Position numbers and translations under genes: made by a program
In this document: in pieces, positions 1 to 12,226 of the stretch
Layout of the letters: every line of letters begins with the position of its first letter
Numbering within the stretch: the first letter of the stretch is position 1
The notes under the pieces: generated by a model
Seen by the model: only the letters and a program-made list of their open reading frames with translations
Database searches by the model: none
Told to the model about the DNA's origin: nothing
NCBI GenBank assembly: GCA_900617105.1
Contig: UYFQ01000188.1
Coordinates: 1-32,295, forward strand
Length of the DNA: 32,295 bases
Source: Hydrurus foetidus
Lineage: Eukaryota
Reading direction: 5' to 3'

Positions 1-1126
1 CAGCTTTAAGCAGTATGTTGTTGCATTCTATAACAGCAGTCACTGAGTATTTCTTGCATGGTTTCTCTGCTGACTCCCTTACACGTATTTTCATCAGGAA
101 TCCCAGTCCACGGTCCGTTAGGTGTATGGATGGAGAGCTGCTTTCTACTTCAGGTCGTCCTTCTGCTAAGACGTCATCTACCATTATCATATCAGCATCG
201 TTCTCATCGTCGTCATCTATCTCTTGCCCTTGGTTACTTCCCTCCTTTACAACAGATCGTAGAACTGGACATCTCTCCTCATATTTTTCATTTTTGATGT
301 ACTGCATAGGAGGTGTACGGATCTCTGGGACTTCAGATAGAGGTACAGTTGAGTGATAATATCCCCAAAGGGAGACAATTGCGCTTTCTGTTGCTCGTCC
401 CATGAAGAGTGGTGTGTGCTCAACAGTAAGCCCAGAGGGGGTAGACCACGTTATAATCCTAGCTGCTGCGTGATGCACTTTGTCAGACCAGACCGCTTTC
501 TTCATGGCACTATTTTTTTTCGGGTCGTCTATCATGAAGTCTTTGCCATCCACCAGAATCGTAACTTTGTCTTGATCAGCATCACGAAAAATCTGAGGAC
601 GCTCAGCATCTAAGTACTCTTGGGTCAAATCTAGGTCAGATAAATAAGAACCTGCCGTCTCCCATCGCGCTGCCCAAACCTTCACATAAATTCCAATAGA
701 TGATCTGTTTCTACTCAATATAGCGCCGATCATTTCATATGTCGTCCCCCTTCGTATGCATAATTTTACGGTACATTTCTCCCACTCGGTTTCAACATCA
801 GACTGAATCTGTCCACACACTAAAACGAGTTCGGGGAATAAACACCTACAGCACACTTTATAATCCTCGAATGTGGCAAATCCAAGTAAGTGAGGACACA
901 TAGTAGGATTCGATGCATGCCAAGCATCTGACAGAATAGTAATTCGCTGTAACCCAGAGCTGTACATTGTAGCGATATCACGGTTATGACTTTTAACGGT
1001 TTTTTAATTCTCTATCGTTACTCTCAATATCTCCGATTCAGCTTCTGTGCGCGTATCTTGAGACAATTCGAGTTCACTGCTCAAATTAGCAATCTCCAAT
1101 TTGTGGTTTTTCATCACTCGCTTTTT
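1..1126 (-). pseudogene. ISL2EU/IS5-PIF-Harbinger-superfamily (DDE_Tnp_4-like) transposase, downstream part, running off the left edge
   Basis: Manual minus-strand translation, open from ~1003 to the edge: HTH-like CIRRGTTYEMIGAILSRNRSSIG, then LVDGKDFMIDDPKKNSAMKKAVWSDKVHHAAARIITWSTPSGLTVEHTPLFMGRATE. This resembles the ISL2EU pattern iiD.tE...erP......twS.yK.hnT.K.lig.tP.G....s..yGGr.SD. One in-frame TAA at ~1004-1006. Confidence 0.7.
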
Positions 1127-1130
1127 TTAA

Positions 1131-2417
1131 TGTCTACTCTCCAGCTGTTTGTCCGACCGGTGGACATGGGCACTGTCCGACCGGTCGGACAGTACTGACA
1201 TATGACATTTTTGACTCCTTACATGATCCTATAGCTCAGAAATCGACTGCAATTAGTTGCCTAGCATTAAATTGACATGCTTGATGATATTGGAGCCTTT
1301 GGTCGAATAGATAAAAACTAGTTATAATATGTTTAATACGTTCTTTTAGTGCTCATACACGACACTGATATATCAAACTTTTAGGAGCAAAAAAGGAACA
1401 TACAACTGCAAGAACCATTGAAGAAGGGTCGAGTAGGTAAGATGCCATGAAGGCGACACCAAGGGCTGATGATATCATTTGTTTGAAGACAGGTGGAGTA
1501 CGCAGGAAAATCGACACAATAAAAATATTGAGGGATACCCAAAACAGAGACTTTACACCAATATGCAATATCAAAACGATGATTCATAACACATTTGATG
1601 CTCTGGAACGATACAAGTGACTGCATCGGAGAGATTCGCTTGAAATAGTCGTCCGAGGTGGAAATCTGAAATCGGTCCGAAATCGGTCGATGGGGCAAAC
1701 GCTGAGAGCTATAACTTCATTACAAAAGTGGCGCTTCCTCAGGCATCGATGGGAAACTGTTGAGGAAGTCCTGATCAATAGAAGCATGAAAATTTCCTAG
1801 TCAGAATGGGCGTTGCTCAGAAATTATCAGGCTGCATTTCCTTGTGAAAATCGATTTGCATTCTGGATTGCAATCCTCACCATATCCCAATCGCTCCGCT
1901 ATTACACCAAGATTCCGTGATCTCCTTTTGGCGTTTGAACTTGACCATCATTTATGACACAAAATAATATGATCTGCAGGCACAGAAGTGAAGAAAGTTC
2001 AGAGAAAATTTTGACAGAAGATTTCAGCCACAAATCGCCAAACCAAAGGAGCAATCAGCTATTGCACTGTCGCCACATAACCAAAATTGACTTTACCGGA
2101 GGGGAAAATGTTCGTTGCACTCTTGGCAAACAGTTGACGTCGAAAATGATTCCAACACCTTAAAGATTCGCTTGGAAGTTGGACCATCGCCAAATTTGGC
2201 GAACCAGCGAGTTGATCCACTGCCCCAGTCCATATCTCAGCAAGGAAGTCTCCGTTTGAAGAGGTGAAGTTATGCCTTTGATCGGCACATTTGGAGCTAT
2301 CGAATTCGCCGAGATACTGCTTCAAACTCATCGAATTGAGGAATATTTCATATGGGTCAAAATTGTCCGACCGGTCGGACAAATGTCCTACCGGGTGGAC
2401 GGCCTGGAGGATAGACA
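1131..2417. mobile_element. Non-autonomous TIR DNA transposon (1287 bp) with TTAA target-site duplication
   Basis: TTAA at 1127-1130 and 2418-2421; termini TGTCTA...TAGACA; ~75-bp imperfect TIRs, each containing the palindrome TGTCCGACCGGTCGGACA (1174-1191, 2364-2381). Removing it rejoins the transposase (...VADRKL/KKRVMKNHKLE..., with a 1-nt slip in an A run). No transposase inside. Confidence 0.85.
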
Positions 2418-2421
2418 TTAA

Positions 2422-3078
2422 GCTTACGATCCGCTACTAATTTCGCTGCTTGTATCGCTCCTCCAGTAGCTTTTTCCTCCCTCAAAGCCCTCTTAGAAAA
2501 GCTACTGATTCGAGTTAGTGACATGATCTCGAGACCCACCTCGTATCTCGCGACATCTTTACCCCTCAACAGATCCTCTACCATTTTTAGAGACTGATTT
2601 GGTAACGCATAGTAATCCAATGAACCAGAGATACTATCAACACCACTCATTCCAACTTCTCTCCCGAGTTCTGCACCGATTACTTTTATAAAATGTGTCC
2701 CATGGAGACGCTGTGCATTTAAAATGAGAACCTTCTCGTGAAAATGAATGAACGACACATTTAGCTGCGCTACGTCCTCAATTTCGCTCGAACTCCCAGA
2801 AAAGAGGTGGCGAATATAGCCTTTACGAATACCAACGTTGAAGTGATACTGTTTTGCGAGCTGATTTGTTGGTAGTTTTGGCAGAGATGTGAAACCAACC
2901 CTACACAATAATAGCAGTAAATATGGAGCTTTCAGATCGATGCTTGTAGACACTCAAAGATCCAAATCAGTTGAAATTAAGACTAATCGTCCGTATGCGT
3001 GAGCCCTAGAGACTCTAGGCGTCCTTGTAGAGAACCACATTCATCACGATTGGAGCAGTAACAGTATCTTCGCGGCAT
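2422..3078 (-). pseudogene. N-terminal part of the same ISL2EU-like transposase
   Basis: ORF 2357..2953 reads up to the TTAA insertion site. Upstream Cys-rich start MPRRYCYCSNRDEC (ATG 3078) is separated by a stop or possible intron. A possible element terminus lies at ~3306 (GGGACGTCG... preceded by TAA on the minus strand). Confidence 0.5.
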
Positions 3079-3320
3079 AACGACGGACTCGCGGAAATGA
3101 TGGTAGCGGGCAGAGTTTTGCCCGGCTGACGAAGAAAAGTTGGTCAGCTGGTAGCTACAGCAACGAAGGAGATGTTGTGGGCTGCTGCTCAAATTTGGAC
3201 ATCAGGTTAGTTGGCTATATGTTGTGGTTGTGCTGGGAATAAACTGGTCGCGAGTATCACACCTGAAAAAAGAAACGGTACGCGAGATTTTTTGGATCGA
3301 CGTCCCTTATAGGTTCGCTG

Positions 3321-3482
3321 TTACGCCCGCAGAATAAAAGTAGCACTTTCGCACTGAAAAAAACCAATTTTCATTTTTCTGTGGACTTTTCGTATAGAAT
3401 AGTCCTGAAAGTGCTATTGTTGTGCACCCTCCCCTGGGCAGGATTACCGTTTCGAAGTGCTACTTTCATTCTGCGGTCGTAA
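3321..3482. repeat. 28-bp inverted repeat pair, MITE-like (162 bp)
   Basis: TTACGCCCGCAGAATAAAAGTAGCACTT (3321-3348) matches the reverse complement of 3455-3482 with 2 mismatches; no clear TSD. Confidence 0.65.
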
Positions 3483-3975
3483 TACTCTCACTCACGCTAT
3501 CATCAAGCTCGATAACCACTTCTGCTCTGCTCCCCTCTCTCCGAAACCGACATCAAGATCAACATCCTCCCACACAAAAGGTCTCAGTGCCCAGTGCCCT
3601 CCATCCCATCCCGACCCAAGCCACTGTGTGCTATATTCAACTCATGCTCACGCGTACGAAAGTTATCGCGACTTTAACTTTAATATTAATATGGTTTCCT
3701 TCTTCTTTGCACTTACATTTGTATAAGCCAAAATCAAACGTAACGATGCGCCCTTCAACCTCTTCACATGTGACGTCAGCATCGCATGACCTTGTTCTTT
3801 ATTATTTGGTTTCACGATATCATTCCTATCGGTATGACTGTCTTTCAGATTTAATTTCAATTATGACAGACGGGGAAAAAGCGGTGACTCTATAAAATCT
3901 CATCGATGATTATTCTTAGACCGTTCCTGACGGTCTGAGTTCTGATTTAAGTTCTCAGAACACAAAATCAACTCT

Positions 3976-6900
3976 GGCTACTAGTCTGGCGTTGAATTTG
4001 TCAAAAGTTCCCGATGCTAAGTATTAATCCTTGAGAAACATGGACGATCTAATGATTGCTTTGCGTTGCGGCACCGTAAGATTCTTGCTCTTGACTCCAT
4101 GCCAGACTTTCTTTGTTTTCATTTGCGTTAACTCAGCTTTCATGACAGAAGTTGCTTCGTCTTTGCGGTCCCAAAGAGCTGTCTTTACGGACATGATCAA
4201 TGCAGTTTCGTCCGTTTCATCGGAGGCTTAAATTCCTCTTGTAAACTCCAAAAGAGTCTCAGCAGCGGTGCCTATCTCATCATTTGTGTCCGTAATATTT
4301 TCAGTGGCGCATTCGGTGCTTGTGACATCGCTTCCATCGAGACAGAGAGCTCATTCACCCCTTCATGTGGGATGATTAGAGGATCATCGACCAGATGGAG
4401 TACACCGCTGTCTTTAGGAAGGGCCATCATTGTTGGCAATGGAGACAGATCGTCAAGGTCTCGAGGATCGACTTCTAACGGACCGATGATGGGATCTTAG
4501 CCAGGAGCGTACCCCTCATTGGTTGCAATAGAGTCGATGTGAGTAATAACGAGGTCTGGTATGGGTAGTATCGTATATTGATCACGTATAACTGTGTGGT
4601 TGGTGGCAAGGCACCACATTTTGACACTCCCAGTGGAGTTGCTAGTGGGCAGGAGGACTGTGCACCCCTGCATTCTCGGTGCCATCGAGCTGTTGGGATC
4701 AGGAACGGTGGCGCCGAAATTCACCCGCAAGTCTTTTGAAGCATCGAGCTTACGGCCGGAAAAATCTTTTAGAGGGCTCAAGCGGATGCGCGATGTACGC
4801 GATGGATGCATGTTGAGGCGCGAGATGCAGAAGATAGCGTACATTATCAGGAGCAGCTTCGTCATGATGAAGGGCAAAGAGTTTTCATATGAGCGAACAC
4901 GCTGCTTGAGTGTTTGTATTTTTCTTTCTACGACAGGAACATGTTGACCGGGGCCTACTTTATCGATTACAATTCCTAATGCATTGAGGGCTGTGGCCAT
5001 GGATGCGATGGCGCCTTTCCCATCGGTTTTGATGATAATGCAGTCAAATCCTCTGCTTGATGCCGTTGCACCTCTATTCTTCACACCTCTATTCTTCAGA
5101 GGCATACAGAGTGAGAGTCCGAGTGGAATGAGGACCCCTAGTAGGAACGGAAGTTTCATTACGAAAAAGATATCGGCAGCAAGGACTTGTTCAACTTGTG
5201 TTACACGAGGGGCCAAGATGTTAGGACATACAGTCGAGGATCTCTTTGTTGTTTTACCCTTTAGAGATGCGATAGAGGGATCAAAAATGACGTTGGCATT
5301 TCCAACATCTGTTTTGGTCACTGTGCAGTTCAGAATTCCAGCATCGATCATATCTATCATTGCGGCGGATGAAGTGTGAGCTAAACTGTGCATGAGTTCG
5401 CGCGAGGTTCTAGCTTGGGCGACCTCTCTCTTCGTGTGGTTTTGCATGTTATCAGCCACAGTCGTGACTAATACAGCGTGCGCTGTCAAGTGTAGTGACT
5501 CGATTTCTTCTCAAGAATAGTCTTTCGAGAGAAAACGTAATCGAACTTTCCTACTCGAAGTGTTTACACGTCGTTCGGCGTACTATGAACAACTGAGCAT
5601 CCCCTGTTGAGTGCTTCTGCAACCGACATCACATTAGCGTCTGCCTTCGATTGCAGTGCGACGTGACCGTAGCTCTCGATACACCCCTCTTTTTCAATAG
5701 CACGCGTCTTGATGATGCGTCGATACCACCGATGTAGAAGGGTGCCGAGTCAGTAATTTATGTGAGAAGATCACTGTTGCAAAAGATGGAGCGTGATGCC
5801 TGATTGTCTATTAGGACATCTGTGTTCGTGAACAGAACTACTGTCTTTTCTTTCATATTTATGCATATGAATGCTGCATCGTACACTTCATCGATGTCCG
5901 CCGTGCGTGGATCCTCCAGTGTCACTAATGCAGTCTGTCCTGAGTATGGGTTGTCGGGGCAATTTGCGCACAGGTGACCCTTCTTAAGGCACCCTTTGCA
6001 TGTTCTCGTCTCGGTTGTACCTGCCGCCTTTTCGTCACCGGCATGGGGCCTCATTCAGGTTGTCGATTCGCAGCATTTCCTCTCCCTCTCCTGCGTCCCC
6101 TTCCTCTGGCGTCTCTTGTGTCTTCGTCAGCTAGAGTGAAGACCGAGTGCATCTCTCCTCCATGGTGTGCTCTGAAGTTTGTTCCTTTCCATCCTGATGC
6201 GATGGTCCATGCGGAATGCAGAGTCCACGGAAAAGGTTTCCCCAAGGTCGCATCGTTCGTCAATTGCGCCATCATAGGAGCATATCGTGAAGGATCTAAC
6301 TTCGTGAGGAATAAGATTGCTAGCTCTGGCTTTGGTGGTGGGTCAACTCCAGCTCCGGTGATAATCTCAATGTGATCGTCGCAATTTTTTTTGAATTCTC
6401 CGATGGTCATGTTAGATTTTTGTCTGATCGTGTTTAACTTTGCTTTCAGTGTGATGATCTCGAGCTCTCTCATTTCCGATTCTACCCCATGTATCGCTGT
6501 TACGTGTGTTTCAACTATTATCGCCCATAGTAGGTTCGGGTTCCGCTGCAGGTCTGCGTCCAGGTACTCCTCACGCTGTCGAACTTCTTCTACAGACTCT
6601 AGCGGAAGTGTTTCCCACAACGTAGCATACAATTTCGGAGCTTCAACTTTTAGTTTTGCTATGACTTTATTGCGCTGCCTCTCAGAGTCGAATCTCAGAC
6701 CCGCTATCGCCGCTGCTCCAAGTGGTGGAAGTGGCTCTTCTCCCTCCACCGCTGGTGCTAGCATGTAATCGGCGGGCTGAACTGCGGCAGGCACGTAGGG
6801 CTCATTCGTCTTCAGAACGTTTGCTAAGAATCCAAGTTCTCTGCAGCAGACATTTATGCGCTCTAGCTTCCAGGCCATGAGGTTGTTTTGTCTGCCGAAT

Positions 6901-7003
6901 TGCAGCATGGTCGGACCATCTTTTGCCACAAACTGTTGACTTCCCGTCGTTTCTTTCGAGATTGAGATGAAGACCGCGAAAGAGATTCTCGCTTTGCAGT
7001 AGT
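3976..7003 (-). mobile_element. Degraded, 3'-truncated Ty1/Copia retrotransposon related to the intact element at 14.3-19.6 kb
   Basis: Gag 6051-6929 (FLTKLDPSRYAPM vs FLCKLDPKRYTPM); zinc knuckle CKGCLKKGHLCANC and protease LIDNQAS (5758-6054); integrase 4497-5489 (ADIFF, KTDGKG, VERKIQTLKQR); start of RT (IIRSSMFLKD*...FDKFNARLVA) ending ~3976. Several frameshifts and stops. The 5' boundary is uncertain. Confidence 0.9.
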
Positions 7004-7721
7004 GTAGCCATACGCAGTTTAGTATCGCACTAAGAGCTTAAAAGAGCTGCTAGGAGACTGCAAAGGGCGTACTGCTGTTCTGTTACGATCTTTTCATACC
7101 GTCGAGTGCCCTTTGTTTTATTTACGTTTGTACGGTGTGGGGTAAATAAAAGGGTAATCCTCCATCTTGTGGATGTTATCCATCATATACCAGCACAACT
7201 ACTCCACATATCACAACTCACTCTAGAAGTCACCGATTGGAGTCCCGTTTCTTGCGTTGCCGAGACAGCAACACCACTTCAGCCAGCCATTTTTTAAAGC
7301 ATTGAAGTCGCATACCGCGTTTGAAATTTACTGGTGAGAGCATCCCGTCTCAACTTCATTTCAAATTTCGCCCAGCTTGCAAGGAAAATTCTCTGCCGAA
7401 TTATGACCAGAAAAGTTGGGACAAGTTTTGAGATGTGCCTTTAATCCAGAATCTAATTTAAAACACCACTTTTTATCAAAGGCATCTTCACTGAGATATC
7501 ATCTCAGCATGCGTGCCATTTAGGAGATCAGATGCCGTTGCAAGGGTGCATTCGCACTCAGGAGAGGATTGAAGGTTGAAAAAGGAACTCTGTGCAGTCT
7601 TAAAAGAGATCCGTCACACGCCCATGGTCAGTTGCGTAAATGTATTTTCGTTAATGCTCCCCCAGATGATAGTACCTGAAGGCATTGACGCATACTTGAG
7701 TGATATCTGATATTCAGTTAT

Positions 7722-8072
7722 TTGTCTTCCGTGACAGATGCAAACTGCATTCAAATTTTGGCGCTCATCGACAGTGCTAACACTCCTCCAAGTACTTATG
7801 TACTCGGAGAAAGGGTTGGAAATGTTAACCGAGAAGAATCCTTAGTGTTAGCCAGCTTGATGAATTTTGAGAACATTAATCTTCCAGAATCAAATGCGTA
7901 TGATTTAGGTTTTAGATTTCAATGCGAATTAGAGGAGATATCCCATCATAAGGCAGAAGGATATTGTGTGAAAATTATTGTCTACTCCATTAACAGTGAT
8001 ATCTTTACTGACATAATGTACGATATTTTAGACTCGAAAGGATTGAATCCTCTGCGTATGATTAAGATGTGA
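7722..8072 (+). pseudogene. C-terminal fragment of an unidentified protein (probably the tail of a decayed ORF starting near 7300)
   Basis: 116-aa protein-like ORF with no ATG start, followed by an AT-rich tract (8073-8480) shared with the convergent pogo transposase; no motif recognised. Confidence 0.3.
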
Positions 8073-8484
8073 TACAGTTTATTTCTTTTGAAATGACTCT
8101 GCTTTTCACGAATATTAATTAAATTTTGATAACTGTTCTATCTTAAAGAAGGTGACAAGCTTACGACGACTTTGGGAATAAAATAAAAATGCTGACTTAT
8201 TAGTAAAAAAAAATAAATCAAGAAGAAAAAAATTAAAGTAAAAAAGAAAGAAAATAAATTAAAATGAATCGACGAGAATCTAAAAAAATGAAGTAGCTTT
8301 GGATTAAATTAAATGAGATTAAATGACATGGGAGTAGGCACATGATGAGTTATACACAAAGCGTCTGAAAATTGGTGGTAAGTCCTGAGAACAAAATTAT
8401 GTTGGATGATAGAGTGCAAATTTAATTGTACATACAAATAAAATAGAAGAAATGTGAAGTCAACAAGAGAAGTTGTCTCACACT

Positions 8485-9529
8485 TTACGAAGAATGGCAG
8501 TCACTTTCATCTGCGTCATTTTCTTCAGAAGCTGTTTCATGATTATCGATGTAGTAGTTGATAACGGCTCTTTCCAAAGATTCTAAATCATCCGATAGTA
8601 CATTACCGTTAATTTTCTCATCGTCAATTTCCTCATCGGTGTCGAGATCTATAGTACCCTCTGGAACAATGAGCATCGTCCCACACACAGATTCCTTCTT
8701 GTAAACGACAAATTTTACTTCACTGTTGTCATCAAAATTAACAGATAATGTTCCTGTTTTAATGAACGTGCGATTAATGCAATCTCTAAATTTGACTTCT
8801 GTGAATTGTTCCTTAAAAAGCAGTATTAAGTCTTTTATCCCTTCTATCATTGTCGGCTTTGGTGGTTCAAATTTTGCTGATATCTTCTTATTAGTTGTTT
8901 TTGAATCTGTTAGCTCGGATTGTTCTAATATGTGCCTTCAAAGGGCCGTTGACAACAAGATCTAGGACCTGCAACTCGCCAGTCATATTTTTTGGTAAAA
9001 AACAAATGTCTGCACCGATTTCATTGATAACTTCGGTAACACTAGCTGTTTTGTGACTACCACAATTATCACACCACATTAGTATTTTGCCTAACTTTTC
9101 TTTTATACTTCGAACCATAACACCATCCTAACCGTATCATTCCATGCCTTCACTTGACTTGTAATAACATGGCCAGTTTCAACATGAACTATGTATAGCA
9201 TTAACACCACTCAATGTAATTTCTTTCTGCCAAACTTTGAGTTTCCAACCGTCATTTTCTGTAAACCCACTTTTTTTATGCAAGTCACGTATAACTGTCA
9301 TACCTGTTCGATCAGGACGCTTCTCGGAGCTTACAGAATGCTTCACAAAGAGCATCAGGGGAGAAAACTCGCCAAGCGTATTGACCGCAATTACAGCTGT
9401 AATTCTTAGTTTCGTATTCGAAATACCTATATTTGTTGCTCTCGGCTGATTAATAGGGCAGTAATTATGTGTGGGGCCAATTGCATAGGTAAAGGCTGTT
9501 TCGTCGGAATTGTAACATGTTTGTGGGCA
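8485..9529 (-). pseudogene. pogo/Tigger-type (DDE_1) transposase, catalytic domain, 5'-truncated and frameshifted
   Basis: Catalytic motifs YNSDETAF (~9500), MWCDNCGSH and FLPKNMTGELQVLD; RITAVIAVNTLGE; acidic C-terminal tail (8485-8850). The DNA-binding N-terminus is absent. Confidence 0.9.
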
Positions 9530-9580
9530 CAGTTACCCTCATCACAGAAGCACAGTTACCCTCATCACAGAAGCACAGTT
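9527..9580. repeat. 23-bp tandem duplication at the pogo/Harbinger junction
   Basis: GCACAGTTACCCTCATCACAGAA x2 plus GCACAGTT. Confidence 0.95.
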
Positions 9581-9586
9581 CTTGTG

Positions 9587-10509
9587 ATGGCATCGAGCGT
9601 TCAGATAAAAATTGAGGGCTCCGTGAAGTGGCTCGATGTGAACCGCAAGGTGCTCATCGACTGCCTTCTGGAGCACTCTGATGGTAGGTATTCAAATATA
9701 AAAAATAAAAATGTGCGTGGAAGTCAGTGGTGGCAGATTTCAATGCCAGAACTGGGCTGAAGTGCGAGAAGAAAATTCTTGCGTCGCAGGTTCAGTCGCT
9801 TAAGAAGAACCAGTTCGCAAATAACAGCGGGTTCGGCATGGACACTAAGGGCATGGAACTAAACACATATTTTGTAAGCCACCCCAAGGCTTCACAACTT
9901 TCCAGCACCCCTCTTCCCTTTTACAGGGAGCTCTCGATCCTTTTTTCTCGTAAGTAAAGCTTTTGTTTTTGAAGGGGAGAAACAATTTTTAAATTATCAA
10001 AAATAAATCTGAAAAATATTTAACTTAAAATTCTAGTGGATACTGCTACTGGTAACTATGCTAAGGCTTCTGGGGCTCCGATTGCAAGACCTGAAGCCGC
10101 CGCGTCCTCAGATTCTTGGGAGGATCACAGCCCGGATCTCCCGATGGATGATTCCGTGGAAGTGGACCTCGCTTCGCCCGAAGTCGATCGCGGGGACGTC
10201 CAGATAGTCGACGATGCCGAGATCAAGGTCCTGCCTAATCCGAAATCAAAGGAAAGCTTTAAGTCTCCGGTGGTTAAGAGTCAAAGTGCAGGTAGAATTG
10301 TCAGACCTTACGTAAGGACTCCCAAAACGCCGAAGGAGATTCGCATCTCTTCTGCAGGAAGTCATATCCCAACAGAAAAAGTCTTCCGAGAGGACGACAC
10401 CATTCGCGTCAGCAGTCGCTCTATTCAAGGCGGAGCATGCCTCCAAGTTAACATCCGCTCAGGTTATGAGCTTCATTTGTTTGCTTTCCGAGCAGGATGC
10501 TCTTGTTAA
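9587..10509 (+). pseudogene. Myb/SANT-like DNA-binding protein of a PIF/Harbinger element, with one intron (9950-10036)
   Basis: VKWLDVNRKVLIDCLLEH...W/VADFNARTGL...NNSGFG...YFVSHPKASQLSSTPLPFYRELSILF. GTAAGT...TTCTAG intron (87 nt) splices in frame to LDTATG. Frameshift near 9727; convergent with the transposase. Confidence 0.85.
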
Positions 10510-10805
10510 TCAATTTAACTCCTTCGATGAGGAGCAGAGAGCTGCGTTCATTCTCGCCAAGCTTGATTTGTAATTGCCGTTTATCGCTTTGAATCTTCGC
10601 GACACGACCCCCCTGTAAATTTCCAATGATTAATCGAATCTTCTCCAAAATTTCGAAAATTTGGGGGACTGAATTTTGTACTGTACGGGTACGTTTTGCG
10701 GTTGTACCATCTAAAATAGTTCTTCACCAGTATTATCTGAGCGATACTAGGTACACAAACAGCACAATAATAAATGAGGTGATTGATATAAAATCATTTC
10801 ATTAT

Positions 10806-11935
10806 TTACAGTATATTTTGCTGAGCCATGACAACTAAATAATTTGCCCAAATGGCATCGGCAATTCCATTGCGCCACAGCTTTAAAGCGTTGTAATTCT
10901 CATTGTTTTCGTCGTCAGCCTCATTATCAGCCTGAATGTTATTCACTATAGCCACTCCCAGATAGAAATCGTCTTCTTACAGCTGATTTAGACGAACAAA
11001 ATTATGCAACAGAAGAGTACAATACACAATATCACATTGAAACTCATATTGATATGGGCTCATTTAAACTATAATTGGAAATCGTCTCTTCAAAACACCG
11101 TACATTCTTTCAATAACATTTCTCAGTGAAGAATACCTGAGATTAAATAATTCTTTTGCATTTTGAGGTCCGTCAGCTTCGAACTCTTTCAGGTGGTATC
11201 TGTCTCCTCGATATGCTCACTCAAAACATGCTCACTCAAAGCGTAACCGGCATCGCCTAAGTAGTATTTACCAGGCAATAGCGGTAATCCCCTACCTTTG
11301 GCATCATCAAAAACATGACTGTCGTGAGCGGAGCCCTCCCAACCAAAGAGGCCAAAGGAAAAAGTAAGGTCAAAATTAGCCACTCCTAGTACATTCTGAG
11401 ATATAAACTTCTTTCTATTCCGGTACGCCTCGTGATCTTCTGTCGGAATACACGCAGGAATGTGTGTTCCGTCCAGAGCTCCAATACAATTGTCGAAAAA
11501 TGGGGTAAATTTCGCTATTTGAGAGGGTACTGGTGCACCAATATTGCTGGCTGGAAAACGTGCATCACTTGCATCGTGAATAATTTTTGAAATCGTCGAT
11601 CCACTGTGCTGCCACCTTTCTTTTATTTGGCGATTTGTATAACCCCTAAGAACTTGCACTAAAACCATGATTTTTTGACCTGCACAAATATACAAAGAGT
11701 CCACGAGACCACCAGCATCCATAAGCATTTCCCTTAATTTGACAAATGTTGCATGATCCATTCTGGCAACCTCGTGAAATCTGTGGACATTGTACGACTC
11801 CATAACTTCAGCAAAATGCAGCTGCCCGGTCAATACAGACGTGTGTTGGAGTACAGGATTCCGCACTGCGTTTTGCAGCGCACCGACAACAGCAGCGACA
11901 ACTACTATCGTATTCACGCCATTATCCTCTTCCAT
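10806..11935 (-). pseudogene. PIF/Harbinger (HARBI1-like, DDE_Tnp_4) transposase
   Basis: CIGALDGTHIP, YRNRKKFISQNVL, GWEGSAHDS, YYLGDAGY. After a small duplication/frameshift at ~11210 it continues ELFNLRYSSLRNVIERMYGVLKRRF...LHNF...WRNGIADAIW, with internal stops. Confidence 0.93.
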
Positions 11936-12213
11936 TGCAAGAATATGAATGATACAGTGACACAAGATGTGCTATCGTGCTATCATGCACTGCAGAAGCT
12001 TGGATCTACAGTACCGTTCAACGGTATTTTGGTGGTGTGTCTGTTGTCCGACTGTTAGTCCCCCCAATTTTGAAATTGTCCGTTGTCCGATTTCTTGTCC
12101 CCCAAAAAATTTCAAAACCCCAAACTGTTTTCGCGGAAAGTCCCACTTTTCGAAAGTTGAATCCGGGGGTCAGATTCAACTTTCGAAAAAATGAAGGTTT
12201 TTTCGTGAAATTT

Positions 12214-12226
12214 ACCGAATGCACCC
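12214..12226 (-). mobile_element. Probable surviving TIR of the Harbinger element (GGGTGCATTCGGT)
   Basis: Harbinger-like GGG-starting terminus ~290 bp upstream of the transposase ATG, preceded by a subterminal hairpin (12149-12187) and repeated GTCCCCCAA motifs; no partner TIR or TSD confirmed. Confidence 0.5.

Noticed and set aside
15..613. Short plus-strand ORFs, and similar antisense ORFs over the Copia and Gypsy genes
   Set aside because: Shadows of real coding frames on the opposite strand; no recognisable motifs.
7544..7554. GGGTGCATTCG as the left Harbinger TIR
   Set aside because: Only an 11-bp match, flanks (CAA vs ATG) give no TSD, and no subterminal similarity.
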